Under the pieces are notes generated by a model. That model ran no database searches. It had not been told where the DNA came from and was given only the letters and a program-made list of their open reading frames with translations. Position numbers and translations under genes: made by a program. Below, in pieces: positions 8,880-18,389 of a DNA stretch of 40,379 bases (position 1 is its first letter; each line of letters opens with the position of its first letter). The stretch spans positions 1 to 40,379 of the forward strand of contig MFUG01000017.1 in assembly GCA_001785615.1 (NCBI GenBank), in the 5' to 3' direction. Source of the DNA: Candidatus Nomurabacteria bacterium RIFCSPHIGHO2_02_FULL_42_19 (GTDB taxonomy: Bacteria; Patescibacteriota; Minisyncoccia; Phycocordibacterales; UBA9973).

Positions 8880-11800
8880 TTATTTTTCTTCTACTTCAGG
8901 AACAATTTTACTTTTGAACCCAGTTCCGGCGGGGATCAGGCGGCCGATAATGACATTTTCCTTCAATCCGCGAAGATTGTCCACTCCGCCCTTGATGGCG
9001 TTTTCAATCAAAATTCGGTTGGTATTTTGGAACGAGGCCGCAGAGAGCCAGCTTTTGGTTCGCAGTGATACTTCCGTAATGCCGAGCACTACTGTTTCCG
9101 CTTTGGCCTCTTTGCCGTCAATTTTAGCCACTCTTTGGTTCTCTTCTATGAACGCAGTGTTTTCAACAATGTCCCCGATGGAAAAGTTTGTTTCGCCCGC
9201 ATCTTTAATTTTCCTTCGGGAAAACATTTGACGAACAATTATTTCTATGTGTTTTCTGGAAATTGAAGCGCTTTGCAGTTCGTAGACCTTGTTGATTTCC
9301 CCAATTATATATTCTTCAACTAATTCCTTGCCGCCAAACTTGAAAATAAGCGCAATGTCGGCTGAACCGTCGGTTAAGAGTTGCCCGGATTTTACTTTGT
9401 CCCCGGTTTTGACCAGCGGCATACGACGAAAGGCCACAACATATTCTATTTCATTTGGCTTGCCGTCCAGCTTCGTGTCAGAAAGCACTTTAAGTATTTT
9501 TTCTTTGCCGTCTCTGTCTTTAACTTCTGTGATAACGCCCTCTGTTTCAGATACAATAGCCGGATTTTTAGGAATTCTCCTTTCAAATATTTCTTCAACT
9601 CGAGGCAAGCCTGTGGTAATGTCGGTACCGGCAACTCCGCCCGAGTGGAAAGTACGAAGCGTAAGTTGAGTACCCGGTTCTCCGATCGCTTGAGCGGCGA
9701 TGATTCCGACTGCTTCTCCCTGTTTTACTAAGTGATTACGCCCAAGGTCAAGACCATAGCACATCACGCAGATACCATGAACAGTGTGACAGGTTAAAGG
9801 GGAGCGTACAAAGACCTCGGTAAAGCCATTTTTTTCAATATTAATCGCTTCTTCTTTAGTAACTAAAAATCCTTTTTTGTAAGCAACTTTACTGTCTTTA
9901 TCTTTAAGATCGGCGGCCAGTACTCTCCCGCGGATATTTTTTGAAAGCGAGATTTCTATGCCAGAAATATTTTCGTGTTTTACCATCTTGCCTTCTTTCG
10001 TACCGCAATCTTCCTCGGTGACCACCACGTCTTGAGCCACATCCACCAATCTACGGGTTAGATAACCGGCCTTAGCGGTATTAAGCGCCGTGTCTGAGGC
10101 GCCTTTACGGGCACCGTGAGTAGAAATAAAATACTCAATCGGCGAAAAACCTTCTTGGTAAGAAGATATGATGGGAAATTCCAAAGTCCTACCTTGGTTA
10201 TTCTGGATTAGTCCTTTCATTCCTATCATCTGAATCAGGGAGGTCATCGTGCCGCGGGCACCGGAGGTAAACAAATCATAGGTGGAACCATTTTTATCAA
10301 GCGCGCCGGGTAAAACTTTTTCCAGATCTTTCTTGGCGTGGGTCCATATCTCAATAATTTTTTGGTACCTTTCCTCCAGCGAAAGTAAACCATCGCGCCA
10401 TTCCGATATTACTTGGGCTTCTAGTTTTCTGGCTTGACTGATAATTTTTGGTTTTTCTGCCGGCACCGACACGTTGTCCAGTCCCCAAGTCGTACCGGAG
10501 ACCGTAGAATATTTGAAACCGAATTCTTTTATTTTATCTAAGATGGGAGGAGTGTGGTCAATGCCATAAGACATGATAAGTTCATCAACCAGGGCAGACA
10601 TTCTTTTTTGGTTCATCTCATCATTCACGTAAGAAAAATCGTGGGGCAGAATACTGTTGAAAAGAAGTTTGCCAACAGAAGTATCAAAAACATTTTCTTT
10701 AAACTTTTTATATTTAGATGAATCGGTTGCAAGAACTTTTATTTTCGCGCGAAGAGATACAACCCCATAATCATAAGCTGTAATGGCCGTGTTCGGACTA
10801 GAAAAATATTTTCCCTCGCCTAATTCTCCGTCAACTGCTTTGGTCATCCAGTAAGCACCGAGCACCATGTCCATGCGAGGATTCACAATGGGCTCGCCAT
10901 TTTGCGGTTTTAGAAGATTTTTGTTTGAAGCCATTAACTCCTTGGCCTCTGCCTGGGCCTCTTCCAAAAGCGGAACATACACGGCCATCTGGTCTCCGTC
11001 AAAGTCGGCGTTAAAGGCCTGGCATACTAGCGGGTGTACCTGAACGGCATTGCCCTCAACCAAGATAGGATTAAAGGCCTGAATACCCAAACGGTGCAGA
11101 GTCGGCGCCCGATTTAAGAGTACGTACTTCCCTTCAATCACTTCTTCCAGCATGGCCCAAACCTCGCTGGTTCGCTCTTCAATCAATTTATTGGCTCCGC
11201 GAATATTAAAGGCGAGTTCTGCTTGCAGAATTTTTGAAATCACAAACGGCCGGAAAAGTTCCAGAGCCATGTGCTTCGGAAGTCCGCACTGATTGAGTTT
11301 AAGCTGAGGCCCAACCACGATAACACTGCGGCCGGAATAATCCACGCGCTTACCGAGCAAGTTCTGGCGGAAAAGTCCTTGTTTTGATTTCAAATTGTCC
11401 GAAAGTGATTTAAGCGGGCGTTTTTGCGACTGGCTCATGGCCGCGGAATCGTTTTGCTTGGCAATGGAGTTATCAATCAGCGCGTCCACCGCTTCTTGAA
11501 TAATTCTTTTTTCATTTCGCAGAATCACATCCGGTGCATTGATTTCCTTCAATTTTTTAAGACGATTATTGCGATTTATGACGCGGCGGTACAAATCGTT
11601 CAGGTCTGAAGTGGCGTGACGTCCGCCATCAAGCGCCACCATCGGACGAAGCACTGGCGGAATAACTGGAATAACTGTGAGAAACATCCATTCCGGCCGG
11701 ATCCCAGCGTAAGTCATCGCCCGAATGAGGGAGAGGCGTTTCTGTAGTTTTTCTCTTTCTACCGCGCTCGACTTTACGAGCATTGCTTCGGTAAGGGTCT

Positions 11801-12491
11801 TTAACTTATTTAGGTCCAGATTTTTGAAAATGGAATAAATGGCCTCGGCTCCAATGTTCGCCTCAAAACAAGTGCCGTATTTGAGCGAGTAGTGATGAAA
11901 AGAAATTTCATTCAGTACTTTGCCTTCATAAATTTCTCCAATTTCTTTCTTGGTGACGGAAAGTAAAATTTTTAATTTTTCTCGCGTCTCTTCGTCCGGT
12001 ACATTTTTAAGTTTGGCTTTATACTCTTTGTCCAAATTAGTTATAACATTTTCTTTTTCGTCTTCGTGCACTTTAGTGATGATATAGCCGGCGAAGTATA
12101 TCACCTTTTCTAGGTCCGATACAGAGATATTCAAGAGAATGCTCATACGAGAAGGCACCCCGCGCAAGAACCAAATATGCGAAACGGGAGTAGAGAGTTC
12201 AATATGCCCCATCCGCTCCCGACGCACGATCGAACGGGTCACTTCCACGCCACATTTTTCGCAAATGATATCTTTGTAGCGGATGCGGCGATATTTACCG
12301 CAATAACATTCATAATCCTTTTCCGGTCCGAATATTTTTTCGTCAAAAAGTCCTCCGCGTTCGCTTCGGCCAGTACGATAATTTATCGTTTCCGGCTTGG
12401 TCACTTCCCCATAGGACCACTCCTTTATCTGCTCTGGAGAGGCCAGGCAGAGAGTGATGTGGTCAAATTCAGTTATATTTAGAGTTTTCAT
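8880..12491 (-). CDS. rpoC: RNA polymerase beta' subunit
   Basis: NADFDGD, LLGKRVDYSGR, Zn finger CYCGKY..CEKCG, GEPGTQLTLRTFH. Confidence 0.99.
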   Translation of the reverse strand: MKTLNITEFDHITLCLASPEQIKEWSYGEVTKPETINYRTGRSERGGLFDEKIFGPEKDYECYCGKYRRIRYKDIICEKCGVEVTRSIVRRERMGHIELSTPVSHIWFLRGVPSRMSILLNISVSDLEKVIYFAGYIITKVHEDEKENVITNLDKEYKAKLKNVPDEETREKLKILLSVTKKEIGEIYEGKVLNEISFHHYSLKYGTCFEANIGAEAIYSIFKNLDLNKLKTLTEAMLVKSSAVEREKLQKRLSLIRAMTYAGIRPEWMFLTVIPVIPPVLRPMVALDGGRHATSDLNDLYRRVINRNNRLKKLKEINAPDVILRNEKRIIQEAVDALIDNSIAKQNDSAAMSQSQKRPLKSLSDNLKSKQGLFRQNLLGKRVDYSGRSVIVVGPQLKLNQCGLPKHMALELFRPFVISKILQAELAFNIRGANKLIEERTSEVWAMLEEVIEGKYVLLNRAPTLHRLGIQAFNPILVEGNAVQVHPLVCQAFNADFDGDQMAVYVPLLEEAQAEAKELMASNKNLLKPQNGEPIVNPRMDMVLGAYWMTKAVDGELGEGKYFSSPNTAITAYDYGVVSLRAKIKVLATDSSKYKKFKENVFDTSVGKLLFNSILPHDFSYVNDEMNQKRMSALVDELIMSYGIDHTPPILDKIKEFGFKYSTVSGTTWGLDNVSVPAEKPKIISQARKLEAQVISEWRDGLLSLEERYQKIIEIWTHAKKDLEKVLPGALDKNGSTYDLFTSGARGTMTSLIQMIGMKGLIQNNQGRTLEFPIISSYQEGFSPIEYFISTHGARKGASDTALNTAKAGYLTRRLVDVAQDVVVTEEDCGTKEGKMVKHENISGIEISLSKNIRGRVLAADLKDKDSKVAYKKGFLVTKEEAINIEKNGFTEVFVRSPLTCHTVHGICVMCYGLDLGRNHLVKQGEAVGIIAAQAIGEPGTQLTLRTFHSGGVAGTDITTGLPRVEEIFERRIPKNPAIVSETEGVITEVKDRDGKEKILKVLSDTKLDGKPNEIEYVVAFRRMPLVKTGDKVKSGQLLTDGSADIALIFKFGGKELVEEYIIGEINKVYELQSASISRKHIEIIVRQMFSRRKIKDAGETNFSIGDIVENTAFIEENQRVAKIDGKEAKAETVVLGITEVSLRTKSWLSAASFQNTNRILIENAIKGGVDNLRGLKENVIIGRLIPAGTGFKSKIVPEVEEK

Positions 12492-12510
12492 AATGTTTTT
12501 TGTAATATAG

Positions 12511-15500
12511 TTAATTTTCTTCTAACTCTTTAGCCGAATATTTTTTCAAGTTCACATCAAGCGCCAGTCCTCGAAGATAATTGAGGAGCACGTTAAACGA
12601 TGCGGGAGAATTCGGCGACCGAATCTTTTCATTTTTAATTATTGAGTCAAAGGTAGCCGACCGACCCAAAATATCGTCGGACTTAATAGTAAGCATTTCG
12701 CGCAGGGTATAAGACGCGCCATAGCCCTCGAGCGCCCAGACCTCCATTTCACCGAATCTCTGTCCCCCGCCCTGGGCCTTACCGCCGAGAGGTTGCTGTG
12801 TAATAAGCGAGTATGGGCCGATTGAACGCATGTGAATTTTATCCTCCACCATGTGATGCAGTTTCAAGATGTACATATAGCCAACGGAAATATCCTGCTC
12901 AAAGCTCTCCCCGGTACGTCCATCAAAAAGTTTCATTTTGCCACTCTCCGGCAATCCGGCTTTCTTCAACTCTTCTTTTATTTCTTCGTGGCGAGCGCCT
13001 AAAAACGGCGGAACGATGGCCTGATAGCCAAGGGTATTGGCCGCCATGCCGAGATGAATTTCAAAAATTTGCCCCAAGTTCATACGCGACGGCACGCCCA
13101 AGGGTGAGAGAATAATATCAATCGGGGTACCATCCGCCATGTAGGGCATATCTTCTTCCGGCAAGATGGTAGAAATGACACCCTTGTTTCCATGGCGACC
13201 TGATAATTTGTCTCCAACCGAAATATTGCGGATTTGAGCCACTTCAATAACTATTTTCTTAATAATACCGGCCTCGAGCGAGTGCCCCAAGTCGCGAGAA
13301 AAGATTTTAACCCCGATGATGCGTCCGCGCTTACCGTGTTCCATACGAAGCGAGGTGTCCTTAACATCGCGCGCCTTTTCCGCGAAGATTGAGCGGAGTA
13401 ATCGCTCTTCCGGCGTAAGTTCGGTTTCACCTTTGGGTGTAATTTTCCCGACTAGAATATCATTCTCGCGAACCTCCGCTCCGATACGCACGATCCCGTC
13501 CTCGTCCAAGTCCTTCAGCTTAAGTTCCCCGACATTCGGGATGTCTCGAGTGGTGATTTCCGGACCGAGTTTCGTATCCCGAACCGTACAGATAAACTCT
13601 TCAACGTAAACAGAGGTAAATTTACTATTTTTCACCAAGCGTTCGGAAATAATTATGGCGTCTTCATAAGTTGACCCGGACCAGGATAAAAATGCCACTA
13701 AGATATTCTGCCCGATGGAGATTTGTCCACCCACGGTGCTGGAGGTGTCAGCCAATACTCCGCCCTTCTTCACCTTGTCGCCCACATTTACCGCTGGACG
13801 TTGGTGAAATACAGAGAAATTATTATTTCTTAAAAAATTAACCAGGGAATAGGTCTTTTCATTTTTTCCTTTTACCACTACTTTTTTTGAATCAAGATAC
13901 GAGACAACCCCCTCCTCGAAAGCTACGACTAGACGGCCCGAGTCGCGAGAGGCCAATTCTTCCACTCCGGTAGCCACCAGTGGCGCCTCCGGCAAAACGC
14001 AAGGCACTGCCTGTTTCTGCATGTTCGAGCCCATCAGCGCGCGATTGGCGTCGTTGTGTTCCAAAAATGGAATCAGAGAAGTGGCGACAGAGAAGGCCTG
14101 ATTCGCCGCGACGTCAATGAAGTCAACGGCCTCACGAGATACCGTGCCTGGTTCTGTTTTTATTCTGGCCTCTACTCGCTCTTCCGTGATTTTACCGTTT
14201 TCGTCATAAGGAATACCGGCGTGCGCAATGTTATATTTCTCTTCTTCAAGAGCATTTAGATAAACCACTTCACCGGTAATCTTGCCTTTGGTAACTTTTA
14301 CATAGGGCGTTTCAATAATACCAAATTCATTTATTTTGGCGTAAGTAGAAAGGTGTAAAATGAGTCCAATGTTCGGACCTTCCGGGGTATGAATCGGACA
14401 CACTCTGCCGTAATGCGATGGATGCACGTCGCGCACTTCCAAGCCCGCTCTCTCACGAGTAAGCCCGCCGGGACCGAGCGCCGAGAGCGTACGCAAGTGC
14501 TCTATTTCGTAAAGCACGTTTTCTTGCGCCATAAATTGCGAGAGTTGGTTGGTAGTGAAAAATTCTTTAATGCGCGCTTGCAGTGGCCGCTGGTTGATAA
14601 TCTGGATCGGCATGGCGGTCTGAACATCAATGATAGACATTCGGTCCTGAATATTTCTTTTTATTTGCATCATGCCGGTACGAATTTTTTGCTGGAGAAT
14701 TTCCCCCACAAAACGCACTCGCCTCTGACCCAAGTGGTCTATGTCGTCGCTCTTGGCTCCGAATGTATTGTTCAGAAGAATAATATTTGTAATTACGGTC
14801 AGTAAGTCCTCCTTAGAAATGGTTCGGCGCGCCAGTTCTTCTTCCGTCATGGCTTTGTTAAATCTTTGATTAAACCGGAATCGGCCGACTGGAGAAAGGT
14901 CGTAGCGCTCCGCGGTAAATAGAGAATTAATAAATTCTTTGGCATTTTCTGGAGTAGCCATGTCGCCGTCCCGCAGACGTTTATAAATTTCAATATAGGT
15001 ATCGGCCAGGGTTTTGACTCCGTCTTTGGCTAAACACACTTTTATTACTTCCTCACCCAGAGGATTTTTGGCGAAGGCCTTAATAATCATTTCGTTGGTC
15101 TCATAACCCATAACCCGGAGCAAAGAGGTAGCGGGAAATTTTCTTTTCTTGTCTATTCTTATGTAAATCACCCCGTCTGGTTCTGATTCTATTTCAATCC
15201 AGACTCCTCGTGCCGGAATAATTTTCGCGCCAAAATATTTTTTACCTTTATTTTCCGCTTCCGTAAAGAAAACCCCAAAGCTCCTAGCGAGCTGTGGCAC
15301 AATGACACGCTCTACGCCATTGATAATAAAAGTTCCGTGGGAAGTCATTAGCGGAAGGTCCGACATGAAAATCTCTTGCTCCTTTACGATTCCCAGAATT
15401 TTATTGGTCAGCTTCACGCGCGCTTTTAGCGCTCCCTGATAGGAGAGCTTGTTTACTTTAGCATCACTTTCATCGCTCTTTGACTCACCTAACGAAAAGG

Positions 15501-15693
15501 AGGTAAATTCTAGCTGAAACTTTTTCCCGGAATAATCCGCAATGGGAGAGAATTCCCTGAAGACCTCTTTAATGCCCTGCTCTACCAACCACTTAAAACT
15601 TTTTACTTGGGCTTCTATTAAATTAGGGAAGTCCACCAGGGGCTTTTTATACCTGGAAAAATACTTTTTCGGGCGCTTAAGTTCTGTTTGCAT
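12511..15693 (-). CDS. rpoB: RNA polymerase beta subunit
   Basis: GDKLSGRHGNKG, TPEGPNIGL, NRALMGSNMQ, GQRFGEME. Start ATG 15693, or TTG 15705. Confidence 0.99.
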   Translation of the reverse strand: MQTELKRPKKYFSRYKKPLVDFPNLIEAQVKSFKWLVEQGIKEVFREFSPIADYSGKKFQLEFTSFSLGESKSDESDAKVNKLSYQGALKARVKLTNKILGIVKEQEIFMSDLPLMTSHGTFIINGVERVIVPQLARSFGVFFTEAENKGKKYFGAKIIPARGVWIEIESEPDGVIYIRIDKKRKFPATSLLRVMGYETNEMIIKAFAKNPLGEEVIKVCLAKDGVKTLADTYIEIYKRLRDGDMATPENAKEFINSLFTAERYDLSPVGRFRFNQRFNKAMTEEELARRTISKEDLLTVITNIILLNNTFGAKSDDIDHLGQRRVRFVGEILQQKIRTGMMQIKRNIQDRMSIIDVQTAMPIQIINQRPLQARIKEFFTTNQLSQFMAQENVLYEIEHLRTLSALGPGGLTRERAGLEVRDVHPSHYGRVCPIHTPEGPNIGLILHLSTYAKINEFGIIETPYVKVTKGKITGEVVYLNALEEEKYNIAHAGIPYDENGKITEERVEARIKTEPGTVSREAVDFIDVAANQAFSVATSLIPFLEHNDANRALMGSNMQKQAVPCVLPEAPLVATGVEELASRDSGRLVVAFEEGVVSYLDSKKVVVKGKNEKTYSLVNFLRNNNFSVFHQRPAVNVGDKVKKGGVLADTSSTVGGQISIGQNILVAFLSWSGSTYEDAIIISERLVKNSKFTSVYVEEFICTVRDTKLGPEITTRDIPNVGELKLKDLDEDGIVRIGAEVRENDILVGKITPKGETELTPEERLLRSIFAEKARDVKDTSLRMEHGKRGRIIGVKIFSRDLGHSLEAGIIKKIVIEVAQIRNISVGDKLSGRHGNKGVISTILPEEDMPYMADGTPIDIILSPLGVPSRMNLGQIFEIHLGMAANTLGYQAIVPPFLGARHEEIKEELKKAGLPESGKMKLFDGRTGESFEQDISVGYMYILKLHHMVEDKIHMRSIGPYSLITQQPLGGKAQGGGQRFGEMEVWALEGYGASYTLREMLTIKSDDILGRSATFDSIIKNEKIRSPNSPASFNVLLNYLRGLALDVNLKKYSAKELEEN

Positions 15694-15710
15694 GATTACA
15701 TTCAAGTAAA

Positions 15711-15759
15711 CCCCGACACTAAAAAAGAAAAAGGGTCGGGGCTCCGACTTTACGTCGGA
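15711..15759. repeat. REP-like CCGAC...GTCGG double hairpin in the rpoB leader
   Basis: CCCCGAC..GTCGGGG followed by TCCGAC-TTTAC-GTCGGA; same family in nusB and gyrB. Confidence 0.75.
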
Positions 15760-15823
15760 ATTAAAAAACGCCTAGAACAGGCCTAATAATTGGAGAAATG
15801 CGTCATTACTCAATCGTGGTGCT

Positions 15824-15851
15824 AGTATACTCATATCCGATTTTTTGTCAA
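15824..15851 (-). promoter_or_regulatory. Sigma70 promoter of rpoBC
   Basis: Minus strand TTGACA-16 nt-TATACT. Confidence 0.65.
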
Positions 15852-15913
15852 ATGTATTTTGGGGATTAAAACGTCTGTAATGAATATAACTTTTAACGTC
15901 TTTGACTTATTTA

Positions 15914-15949
15914 TATGAGTAATTCTAGCATATGCGGATTTTACTCACA
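15914..15949. repeat. 36-bp palindromic site, downstream of PaaX/Cas2-like gene 1
   Basis: Minus strand TGTGAGTA-aaatcc-GCATATGC-tagaat-TACTCATA. Confidence 0.85.
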
Positions 15950-15969
15950 TAAATTTGGTAAAGTTCAGA

Positions 15970-16587
15970 TTAACAGTACCCCATCAATCTAAAATGTCTT
16001 TCAACTTTTTCTTCTCTTGAAATACTTTCTACTGTTAAAATTTCTACATACTTCCCTACTCCAAAGAAGTCAGCGATGAAAATAATTTCATCCTCACAGG
16101 GATAAGGATAAATCCAGGCGGATTTTTGGAATTGGAAAAAATCTAGTTCTTTCAAGTGATACCGCAAGGCCTCTCTGCCTTTGGTAAATCTCATGGGTAT
16201 GTCAAACATTACCAGTCGCCACTTCCCGTCCCATTTTTTGGGTTTCTTTATTTCCATAAGATCAATAGAAAAAGCTCGTAATCTTGTTTCCCCCTTTGTG
16301 GTAATTTTTACTATTGTTTTGCCATTTTTGTCGGATATGTATTCAATAAGTTTTTGATGGCGGAGATAGTTGATTGAATCTTTAATCTGTCTATCACTAA
16401 ATCGTTTGGAGGTCTTAAACTGCTTAAAAACTTGCACGGCATTGCCCATAGAAGCCGCTATAAAAATAAGAGCTGGTGCCGAAGCAACGGCTAATACACA
16501 AAGTGCGACTTTTGTGATTTTCGCTTTTGGTGTTCCGGAGTCCAAAAATTCTTTTAATCTAGAAAAATATTTATTCTCGTTACTCAT
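15970..16587 (-). CDS. PaaX-C/Cas2-like protein with wHTH (copy 1)
   Basis: ITTKG wing; WDGKWRLVMFDIP, REALRYHLKELDFFQFQKSAWIYPYPC. Confidence 0.85.
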   Translation of the reverse strand: MSNENKYFSRLKEFLDSGTPKAKITKVALCVLAVASAPALIFIAASMGNAVQVFKQFKTSKRFSDRQIKDSINYLRHQKLIEYISDKNGKTIVKITTKGETRLRAFSIDLMEIKKPKKWDGKWRLVMFDIPMRFTKGREALRYHLKELDFFQFQKSAWIYPYPCEDEIIFIADFFGVGKYVEILTVESISREEKVERHFRLMGYC

Positions 16588-16589
16588 AT

Positions 16590-16625
16590 TACTAGTAATT
16601 CTAGCATATGCGTAAATTACTCACA
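16590..16625. repeat. 36-bp palindromic site, upstream of PaaX/Cas2-like gene 1
   Basis: Minus strand TGTGAGTA-atttac-GCATATGC-tagaat-TACTAGTA; 16594-16625 matches 15918-15949 at 29/32. Confidence 0.85.
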
Positions 16626-16647
16626 AGAGAAAAAATAAACTAAAAAG

Positions 16648-16699
16648 AAAGAGAAACGGCCGGAGAGCGTTGGCACGTCCTCCGGCCGATCGATTGGCC
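16648..16699. repeat. 52-bp direct repeat copy A, containing a terminator-like hairpin
   Basis: Identical to 17169-17220; stem CGGCCGGAG/CTCCGGCCG with a U-rich tail on the minus strand. Confidence 0.92.
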
Positions 16700-16706
16700 C
16701 CTCACT

Positions 16707-17084
16707 TCACCACCCTACCAGATTTCTAACGAAAAGGCTGACTTCGAACTCTTTTTCAGGAGACAGCCGTTCTTCCTCGACTTCCCTCTTGTCCATCGCA
16801 ATCTTGCACGTATCGCGATACGAAACAACCGCCACGATACATTCTTCGATCAGCGCTGCACATTCGCTGTTCGTGAACCCTGCGTTAGATGCAGCGCGAC
16901 GAACGCACTGAGTAAGCCCACTCCTGATCTCTTGATTTTGAGATCCATCGCGAGCGTAGCGCGTAGCTTCGATGAAAAGGTTGGCTCTTAGGAACCCTTG
17001 GTAGGGTACCTTCTTTCCAACCCTGGAAAGAGCAGCATCTATTGCCGCCCTCATTTCAGTCGCTTCTCTGTCGTTGAATTGCAT
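16707..17084 (-). CDS. Hypothetical protein (~125 aa)
   Basis: ATG 17084 with GGAG SD; visibly GC-richer than its flanks; no recognisable family. Confidence 0.65.
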   Translation of the reverse strand: MQFNDREATEMRAAIDAALSRVGKKVPYQGFLRANLFIEATRYARDGSQNQEIRSGLTQCVRRAASNAGFTNSECAALIEECIVAVVSYRDTCKIAMDKREVEEERLSPEKEFEVSLFVRNLVGW

Positions 17085-17168
17085 CGGGGCACTCCGTCTT
17101 TCACAATACACAACGCTCTTTTGGTAGTCAATCTTGGGTAATGTGATAAATGTATTCCTGGGGATTAA

Positions 17169-17220
17169 AAAGAGAAACGGCCGGAGAGCGTTGGCACGTC
17201 CTCCGGCCGATCGATTGGCC
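17169..17220. repeat. 52-bp direct repeat copy B
   Basis: Identical to 16648-16699. Confidence 0.92.
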
Positions 17221-17260
17221 AACACGCTCCTGCCTTATATAATTATAGCAAAATTATTTT

Positions 17261-17941
17261 TTATTTTCTCTGCTTCCACTCCTCTATCTTTTTATGATTC
17301 CCGGAAAGCAAAACTTTCGGAACTTTATAATTTTTTGTTTTCTTGCCCCGTCCTCTAGGGGTGTATTTTAGAATTTCTGGCCTAGTATAGACCTCGCTAG
17401 AGGACACTCTTTCTTCTTCCAAGGACTCATATTTCCCCAAGACGCCTGGGATTTGGCGAGAAATAGAGTCGAGGAGAACCATAGCCGGAAGTTCTCCGCC
17501 TGTGAGCACATAATCCCCTATTGAAATGTCTTCCGCTTTAAATATTTTTTTCACCCTGGCGTCTATGCCTTCATATCGTCCGGAAATTAGAATGATATCG
17601 GTATATTTTTTTGCAGCTTGTTTAGCGTAAAGAGTTGTGAACTTTTTGCCGGAGGGAGAAAAGATGATAGTTTTTAGCTTAACTAGCTTTTTAGCTTTTA
17701 GCTTTGATAGAACAGATTCAACTGCTTTCAAAATAGGTTCGGCTCGCATTACCATGCCCGGACCACCACCATAGGGTTTGTCATCCACGGGTCTGTAGTT
17801 ATTTTGGGGTGTTTTAATAAAATCCCGTGGATTGTAAAATTTTATAGAAATATGTTTATTCTTTATCGCCCGCCCGATAATGGACTCATTTAAGTATGAA
17901 TCAAAAATGTCTGGGAAAATTGTAATTATATGAAAACGCAC
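17261..17941 (-). CDS. trmD: tRNA (guanine-N1)-methyltransferase
   Basis: VDDKPYGGGPGMV, GRYEGID, SIGDYVLTGGE, YTRP. Confidence 0.98.
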   Translation of the reverse strand: MRFHIITIFPDIFDSYLNESIIGRAIKNKHISIKFYNPRDFIKTPQNNYRPVDDKPYGGGPGMVMRAEPILKAVESVLSKLKAKKLVKLKTIIFSPSGKKFTTLYAKQAAKKYTDIILISGRYEGIDARVKKIFKAEDISIGDYVLTGGELPAMVLLDSISRQIPGVLGKYESLEEERVSSSEVYTRPEILKYTPRGRGKKTKNYKVPKVLLSGNHKKIEEWKQRK

Positions 17942-18292
17942 TTAGATCCCTTTCAAGTCCTCCATTGCTTGGTCTACGGTCTTCAGCGAGCTGGGGGCAG
18001 AGGATGCTGATCTGTCTCCCTCCACTCTCTCCGGGCGCATGCTTCCTTCTGGTTCGTTTATTTTCAAATTCACGCGGGCACTGTTCTTCATGCCAATAAT
18101 GCGCAACAGGGTGCGGATGGCCTTCGCCGTATTGCCCATTCTTCCGATAATCTTACCCATATCGGCTGGATTCACGGTGAGCGTAATAAGCACCCCCATT
18201 TCGTCGACAGTGCGATCAATCTTTACATCATTCGGACTGTCCACCAAGGCCTTCACTACATATTCTAGAAATACCTTATCAGCGTCTTGCAT
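17942..18292 (-). CDS. khpA: KH-domain RNA-binding protein KhpA
   Basis: DMGKIIGRMGNTAKAIRTLL; position after rpsP. Confidence 0.9.
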   Translation of the reverse strand: MQDADKVFLEYVVKALVDSPNDVKIDRTVDEMGVLITLTVNPADMGKIIGRMGNTAKAIRTLLRIIGMKNSARVNLKINEPEGSMRPERVEGDRSASSAPSSLKTVDQAMEDLKGI

Positions 18293-18389
18293 ATATTTTC
18301 GTTGTTAATCTTTTAATCTTCTAAGCGTTGCAGTATCACGACATAACTGCCTATGGGAATTATACTTCACCCCGCCGGGGCGGGGCAAG

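Noticed and set aside
10976-11012. RpoC NADFDGDQMAVY (His to Tyr after the catalytic loop)
   Set aside because: The catalytic aspartates are intact; a single substitution cannot be interpreted without an alignment.
17085-17225. N-terminal extension of the 172-aa track ORF
   Set aside because: It runs through the 52-bp repeat and terminator; ATG 17084 has an SD and its own promoter-like sequence.
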